From assembly GCA_965262605.1 (NCBI GenBank), contig CBDHFN010000003.1, forward strand, positions 1,105,416 through 1,169,415: a stretch of DNA of 64,000 nt, in the 5' to 3' direction. Of this stretch, positions 59,458 to 64,000 are shown piece after piece. The notes under the pieces were generated by a model. The model worked only from the letters and a program-made list of their open reading frames with translations. It had not been told where the DNA came from and did not search any database. A program made the translations under genes and the position numbers. The stretch is from Alphaproteobacteria bacterium. GTDB taxonomy: Bacteria; Pseudomonadota; Alphaproteobacteria; JASGCL01. Within the stretch, counting starts at the first letter, position 1; each line of letters opens with the position of its first letter.

Positions 59458-59664
59458 TTATTTATCGTGGAATTCTTGTTTAAATGTGCCATTTTCAATG
59501 TCATCAAAAAGTCCATTTAAAGCATTTGCTAGTTTTTGTTCTAATTCTTTGTCGGGTATCTTATTTTCATAGCCATCAGTGTCGCTGAAAATGCCCAAAA
59601 GTCTATAGCCGGGTTTTATACCCCGTTCAACTGCTTTTAAATATTCTGATTTTTCACCTGACAT
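59458..59664 (-). CDS. hypothetical small acidic protein (68 aa) upstream of the 265-aa ORF
   Basis: 16-nt spacing to the next gene; no family recognised. Confidence 0.4.
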   Translation of the reverse strand: MSGEKSEYLKAVERGIKPGYRLLGIFSDTDGYENKIPDKELEQKLANALNGLFDDIENGTFKQEFHDK

Positions 59665-59774
59665 GTAATCCCTTACTGCAATATTAATGCCTAATTAATG
59701 AAAATATAACATATTTTTCTGATAAATCAAGAGAAAAATAACTTAAATGATAAATTATATAAAAAGCAAAAAAC

Positions 59775-59966
59775 TCATATCGGGCAACCGCTTTGCTTGC
59801 ATTTTTCCATCGCATAAGCCTTGCATTTTGGGCATTGCACTAAATCTGTCGGAATTTGGCTTTTCGCATGATTTTTTTTGGCTTTTTTGCGATCATGCGC
59901 AAAATAAAAGAAAAATAATGCGACCGCAGCACCAATAATAATTAAGAATCTTGTTATCCAACCCAT
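59775..59966 (-). CDS. small membrane-anchored zinc-ribbon-like protein (63 aa)
   Basis: One N-terminal TM helix, then CPKC...C..GC; overlaps the 3' end of the methyltransferase gene by 13 nt. Confidence 0.35.
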   Translation of the reverse strand: MGWITRFLIIIGAAVALFFFYFAHDRKKAKKNHAKSQIPTDLVQCPKCKAYAMEKCKQSGCPI

Positions 59967-60673
59967 GGGTTTATGACCTTTGCGTGATGTAATATTGCCA
60001 ATGCTTCTTCTGTAAAGACATGTTCTTCATTATGCAAGCAAATTTTAGGTAAAATTTGAAAATTTGCGGGTTTATTTGGCGAATATCGCCCAATAATTTT
60101 CTTGATAGGTTTGGAATCACCAACAGACAAAGGCAAAATTTGCAAATCACCTTGATTATAAATAGCTTTGATGGCTTGAATATTTTGCATATCATGGTTA
60201 AAATAAATCACGCCATTGGGGTTTAAGCATTGCAAGCATTGATTAAGCCATTCTTGAAATGTAAAGCCAACCGCAAATTTTGCCACCCGCTTTAATTGAT
60301 TGGGCGAAGGAAATGAATCATTATAATAAGGCGGATTAGTCATTATTATGTCGTATTTTTTCTCGCATTTAAAAATATCAGATTGAATTATATTGATAAT
60401 TTTATGTAATTTATTGTCGTGAATATTTTCATGCAATAATTTTGCGTATTGTTCATTAATTTCCCAAGCGTCAATTTTGGCATGAATTTCAAGGTTGTTA
60501 TAAGCAAATGCCAGCGATATTGCACCAACGCCCGCCCCAAAATCAGCTATATTGCCATTTATGGCGGGAATTGTCGCGGCTAAAATTACGGATTCGCTGG
60601 AAATGCGGTATGAATCTTTCCATTGTTTGACAGAGATTCTGCCGCCCAAAATTGAATCAATTGTTATAGACAT
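59954..60673 (-). CDS. tRNA (adenine37-N6)-methyltransferase TrmN6/YfiC-like
   Basis: NPPY motif (MTNPPYY) and SAM motif (DFGAGVGAISL); start set 13 nt after the upstream stop. Confidence 0.7.
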   Translation of the reverse strand: MSITIDSILGGRISVKQWKDSYRISSESVILAATIPAINGNIADFGAGVGAISLAFAYNNLEIHAKIDAWEINEQYAKLLHENIHDNKLHKIINIIQSDIFKCEKKYDIIMTNPPYYNDSFPSPNQLKRVAKFAVGFTFQEWLNQCLQCLNPNGVIYFNHDMQNIQAIKAIYNQGDLQILPLSVGDSKPIKKIIGRYSPNKPANFQILPKICLHNEEHVFTEEALAILHHAKVINPWVG

Positions 60674-61325
60674 TATGGATAAATTGCCCAATATTATCGC
60701 TGATATTGTTAATTTTTGGCACAAGATTCATATCAAGATAACCCGAAGACTTAATTAAAATCGTGTGCATACCAATTTCATGGGGATATTGCAAATTAAG
60801 CGCAATATCTTCAACCATTACTGATTTTTTTGGGTCAAATTTCATTTTTGCAAATATTCTGTCAAAGGCTTCGGGTGCGGGTTTTGGCGTGTATAAAGCA
60901 TCGCAAACATCGTAAATCCCATCAAAAACTTCCAATGGAATTAGCAATTGTTTTAAGACACTTTTGGCGTGGCTTACCGAACCATTGGTAAAAATAATCT
61001 TGCGGGCATTCATATTTTCCAACGCTGATTTCAGTAATAAATCAGGCTTAATGTAAGAATAATCAATATTATGCACAAAATCCATATAATCAGTCGGATT
61101 AACTTCATGATTCGCCATTAATCCAGCTAAGGTTGTGCCGTATTTAGCATAATATTCTTTTTGGAATTTTTTGGCTTGATAAGCATCAACGGATAATTGC
61201 GTCATGATAAATTCCCCCATTAATTTTTCAATTTGGGGGAATAAATCGCATGATTCGGGGTAAAGAGTATTATCTAAATCAAAAACCCATAATTCCTTTT
61301 GGCGCAAATTTTCATTCATTAACAA
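60657..61325 (-). CDS. HAD-superfamily hydrolase (pyrimidine 5'-nucleotidase-like, subfamily IA)
   Basis: Motif I DLDNTLY and a C-terminal HAD pattern. Confidence 0.7.
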   Translation of the reverse strand: MLMNENLRQKELWVFDLDNTLYPESCDLFPQIEKLMGEFIMTQLSVDAYQAKKFQKEYYAKYGTTLAGLMANHEVNPTDYMDFVHNIDYSYIKPDLLLKSALENMNARKIIFTNGSVSHAKSVLKQLLIPLEVFDGIYDVCDALYTPKPAPEAFDRIFAKMKFDPKKSVMVEDIALNLQYPHEIGMHTILIKSSGYLDMNLVPKINNISDNIGQFIHNVYNN

Positions 61326-62716
61326 TGCCGAAAATATCGCGTAAAATCAGAAGGCTGCATGGAAGATTCATAAGCGTCAAATTCACTTAAATGAAATAAA
61401 TGTAATTTTTCGTGCATCATCTTGCCGAATACTTCTTTGGCAAAAGCAGATTTTTTGAACGCCAATATGGCTTCCAGCCATCGGGTCGGAAATTTCGGCG
61501 GGTAATCAAACCCCGTGCCGCGTTCGGCGCGTTCGGGCGGGGTAATTTTATCCATTAAACCCTTGCGCACTGATGCTAAAATTGCGGTTGCCACAAAATA
61601 TGGATTCGCATCAGCCCCAGCCACGCGGTGCTCAAGGCGTGTATTACGCGCATCAGACAAAGGCACGCGATAAGCAACAGACCTGTCATTAACATTCCAT
61701 GCGCTGTTCACGGGTGAATAAGCGGTTGCCTTGGAATATCGGCGATATGAATTAGCGTTTGGTGCTAATAACATCATAAAATCCTTGGTATATTTCATTG
61801 ACCCGCCAATTGCGTGCAATAAATTATCGTTAACTTTTGGTTCGCCTTCGTCATCAATGCCTTCTTCAAAAATATTTTTACCATTTTCGTCTAAGATTGA
61901 CAAATGCGTATGCAAGCCTGAACCCGCCCATTCGCCAAAAGGTTTCGCCATAAAAGTTGCTTCAAGCCCATGTTTGCGGGCGATGGCTTTAATTGCGCGC
62001 CGATACATCATTGCTTGGTCGCAAAGCACTAAGGGATCCTCGTAATAACTTAAATTAACTTCATATTGGCATGGCGCGTATTCCTTGGAAGTGGAACATG
62101 GCTCCATTCCTTGTGTTTCAAGGGCTTCGTTGACTTCGTTAAGCACGGTGTCAAATGCTTCAAGCTCCTGCATACCAAGGCATTGAATGTCGTTTTGCTC
62201 AATTTCATCTTCCTCTTCGGAAGCTAAAATTGGCGCGCCATCGGCTCCTAAATCTGATTTGCAAAGGTAAAATTCAAATTCAAACGCCATAATAGGCTTT
62301 AATCCCATGGCGCGAAATCGGCGCACTTCGCGGTTTAATAATCGGCGCGGGTCGCCATAAAACGGCATACCATGGCGCATGGTTTGATAGCCTAAAATTT
62401 GGGCGCGGGGTTCTTCAACCCATGGCACACGGCAAATTGTGCCCGCAACGGGCATGACGCGAAAATCAGGGTCGCCATCTTCGCCACCTTCGGGCAAGTG
62501 AAAGCAATTAGCACCGCTTAAATCTAATAAAGGTATGGAACTTGGTAATTGAACGCCGCCTTTGATAATTTTATCGGCGTCACGGATGGGAATTCTTTTT
62601 CCCCTTAAATGCCCCGAGAATGTCGGGATTAAGACATCAATTGATATAATGTCGGGATTTTGTTTTAAAAAATTTTCAATTTCACTTTTTGTTGAATTAT
62701 TTTGTGATATTACCAT
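61319..62716 (-). CDS. glutamine synthetase family protein (GlnT/PuuA-like, type III-like)
   Basis: GS catalytic-domain motifs (FEFEFYL, HTHLS, NDRSVAYRVP); start moved to the internal Met at 62716. Confidence 0.75.
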   Translation of the reverse strand: MVISQNNSTKSEIENFLKQNPDIISIDVLIPTFSGHLRGKRIPIRDADKIIKGGVQLPSSIPLLDLSGANCFHLPEGGEDGDPDFRVMPVAGTICRVPWVEEPRAQILGYQTMRHGMPFYGDPRRLLNREVRRFRAMGLKPIMAFEFEFYLCKSDLGADGAPILASEEEDEIEQNDIQCLGMQELEAFDTVLNEVNEALETQGMEPCSTSKEYAPCQYEVNLSYYEDPLVLCDQAMMYRRAIKAIARKHGLEATFMAKPFGEWAGSGLHTHLSILDENGKNIFEEGIDDEGEPKVNDNLLHAIGGSMKYTKDFMMLLAPNANSYRRYSKATAYSPVNSAWNVNDRSVAYRVPLSDARNTRLEHRVAGADANPYFVATAILASVRKGLMDKITPPERAERGTGFDYPPKFPTRWLEAILAFKKSAFAKEVFGKMMHEKLHLFHLSEFDAYESSMQPSDFTRYFRHC

Positions 62717-62839
62717 GATTAAAATAGGCTTTCTTAGCGAAAGTCTAAAATTTTCTCCTATTGTTGTTGAATTAATTTTTATATCATAGTATATATTATG
62801 GTAATATTCAACTAAATTCAATGTTGCGGCGCACAAAAT

Positions 62840-63505
62840 ATGACTAATTGTATAATTAACGACTTAAAATTCCAAAAATTACCCCATATTGATTGGAAAA
62901 TTGATACGAATTTGATTCAATATACCCAAGCCATTGATTTTATGGCGAATCGCGTGGAAGCCATCAAGAATCAAGAAAAATCCAGCATGATTTGGCTTTT
63001 GCAACACCCAAAAACTTATACCGCGGGCACTTCGGCGAATATCGCCCGCGATTGCTTGGACAAAGAAATTGAAATTATTCCAACGGGCAGGGGGGGTAAA
63101 TTAACTTATCATGGACCGGGGCAACAAATTATTTACGCCATGCTTGATTTACGAATCATCGGCAAAGATGTGCATTGTTTCGTGCGGGCTTTGGAACATT
63201 GGACAGCGAAAATCTTAGCAGAATTTGGTATAATCGCCCAAATTCGTGAGGGGCGCGTCGGGTTATGGGTGGATATGAACAATGGCAAAGAAGCCAAAAT
63301 TGCCGCCATCGGCGTGCGTATTTCGCATTGGATAGCCTATCACGGCATCGCGATTAATATTAACCCAAACCTTGAAGATTTTCAAAAAATCGTGCCGTGC
63401 GGGCTTAACCCCCATGAATTTGGCATTACATCGCTTAGTGATTTAGGAATATCGTGTGATATTGCTAAACTTCACGATATAATCAAAAAAACTTGCCCGT
63501 TTTAG
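62840..63505 (+). CDS. lipB: lipoyl(octanoyl) transferase
   Basis: LipB motifs (HPKTYTAG, RGGKLTYHGPGQ). Confidence 0.85.
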   Translation: MTNCIINDLKFQKLPHIDWKIDTNLIQYTQAIDFMANRVEAIKNQEKSSMIWLLQHPKTYTAGTSANIARDCLDKEIEIIPTGRGGKLTYHGPGQQIIYAMLDLRIIGKDVHCFVRALEHWTAKILAEFGIIAQIREGRVGLWVDMNNGKEAKIAAIGVRISHWIAYHGIAININPNLEDFQKIVPCGLNPHEFGITSLSDLGISCDIAKLHDIIKKTCPF

Positions 63506-63607
63506 CATTGAAATGCTTTTTAAAGATTTTAAGAAATTTACCATTTCTCTTAGTATTGGAGGTAAATAACTGAGATTGTGTGTCGCAAACAGATGTGTGT
63601 TTATTAA

Positions 63608-64000
63608 TTACAATTTCGTTATTCTTGCAAAAAATTTATTGATAAAATTAAAAAATACAAAAATCCGTTATTAAATGTAAATTTTGGCTCGTTTGACCAA
63701 GTTATTCCCAATCACGCGCAAGATTTTTTATATCTTGACCCGCCGTATTTTTTGGAAAAAGATGCTGATAATAAAATGTTCAAGGGTATATACCCAAATG
63801 CAAATTTTGATGTGCATCATTCGGGTTTTGACCACGAAAAATTGCGCGATTTGTTGTATAATCACAAGGGCAGTTTTATTTTATCTTATAATAATTGTGC
63901 AACTATCCGCGAATATTACCGCGACTTTCAACAATTTTTTCCTAAATGGCATTATTCATATGCTTTGGGGGAAACGCGCATTGGCAAAAACAAAGCCGAA
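63608..64000 (+). pseudogene. N-terminally truncated Dam-family N6-adenine DNA methyltransferase remnant (runs off the window)
   Basis: The frame opens after a stop at 63605-63607 with no ATG. Motif IV DPPY lies at 63737-63748, about 40 codons in, where Dam enzymes have about 180. The downstream sequence matches the Dam C-terminal pattern. The SAM-binding N-half is absent. Confidence 0.45.

Noticed and set aside
1-64000. CRISPR arrays, IS elements, integrases, rRNA
   Set aside because: No direct-repeat/spacer periodicity, no transposase- or integrase-like ORFs and no rRNA-like conserved stretches were seen on either strand. The only tandem repeats are coding (RTX nonapeptides and the 9-bp TEK repeat).

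Overview
The window appears to come from a low-GC alphaproteobacterium with an intracellular-symbiont-like, reduced gene set; the taxon is an inference from gene content, not a measurement. About 62 coding regions and one tRNA are supported. Genes are tightly packed and frequently overlap stop/start (ATGA/TAATG junctions). The ORF-track starts were pulled in to internal ATGs with ribosome-binding sites where the reading was clear. Housekeeping content includes dnaN, rsmB, dps, tRNA-Met(CAU), sseA, livHMGF, nrdB, ispB, carA, pyrD, greA, cysQ, clpS, tyrC, tyrS, dapB, a PBP5-SPOR carboxypeptidase, ftsB, acpP-fabF-mltG, a glutamine-synthetase-like gene and lipB. No rRNA, CRISPR array, transposase or integrase was seen. 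The most unusual content is a long minus-strand array (20349 down to 9047). It runs: a four-gene membrane signalling module (sensor-like protein, HAMP-transporter fusion, periplasmic binding-protein-like gene, periplasmic-sensor/HAMP/PP2C phosphatase), then a GT2 glycosyltransferase, a TPR plus GT9-like glycosyltransferase, an unknown membrane protein, and fliO-fliP. Two further TPR plus GT9-like paralogs and a TPR-methyltransferase lie elsewhere in the window. Other candidates for undescribed biology are listed here. (1) A B12-binding radical-SAM gene translationally coupled to a PhyH-like Fe/2OG dioxygenase. (2) A very AT-rich two-gene insert between mltG and a tRNA methyltransferase. (3) Tandem DUF4399-like secreted paralogs. 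(4) liv-type ABC genes without a binding protein, followed by two ABC-2 permeases without an ATPase. (5) An RTX-type Ca-repeat lipoprotein. (6) An orphan form-II CoxL-like molybdopterin subunit. (7) A 3'-truncated Dam-like methyltransferase remnant at the right edge.
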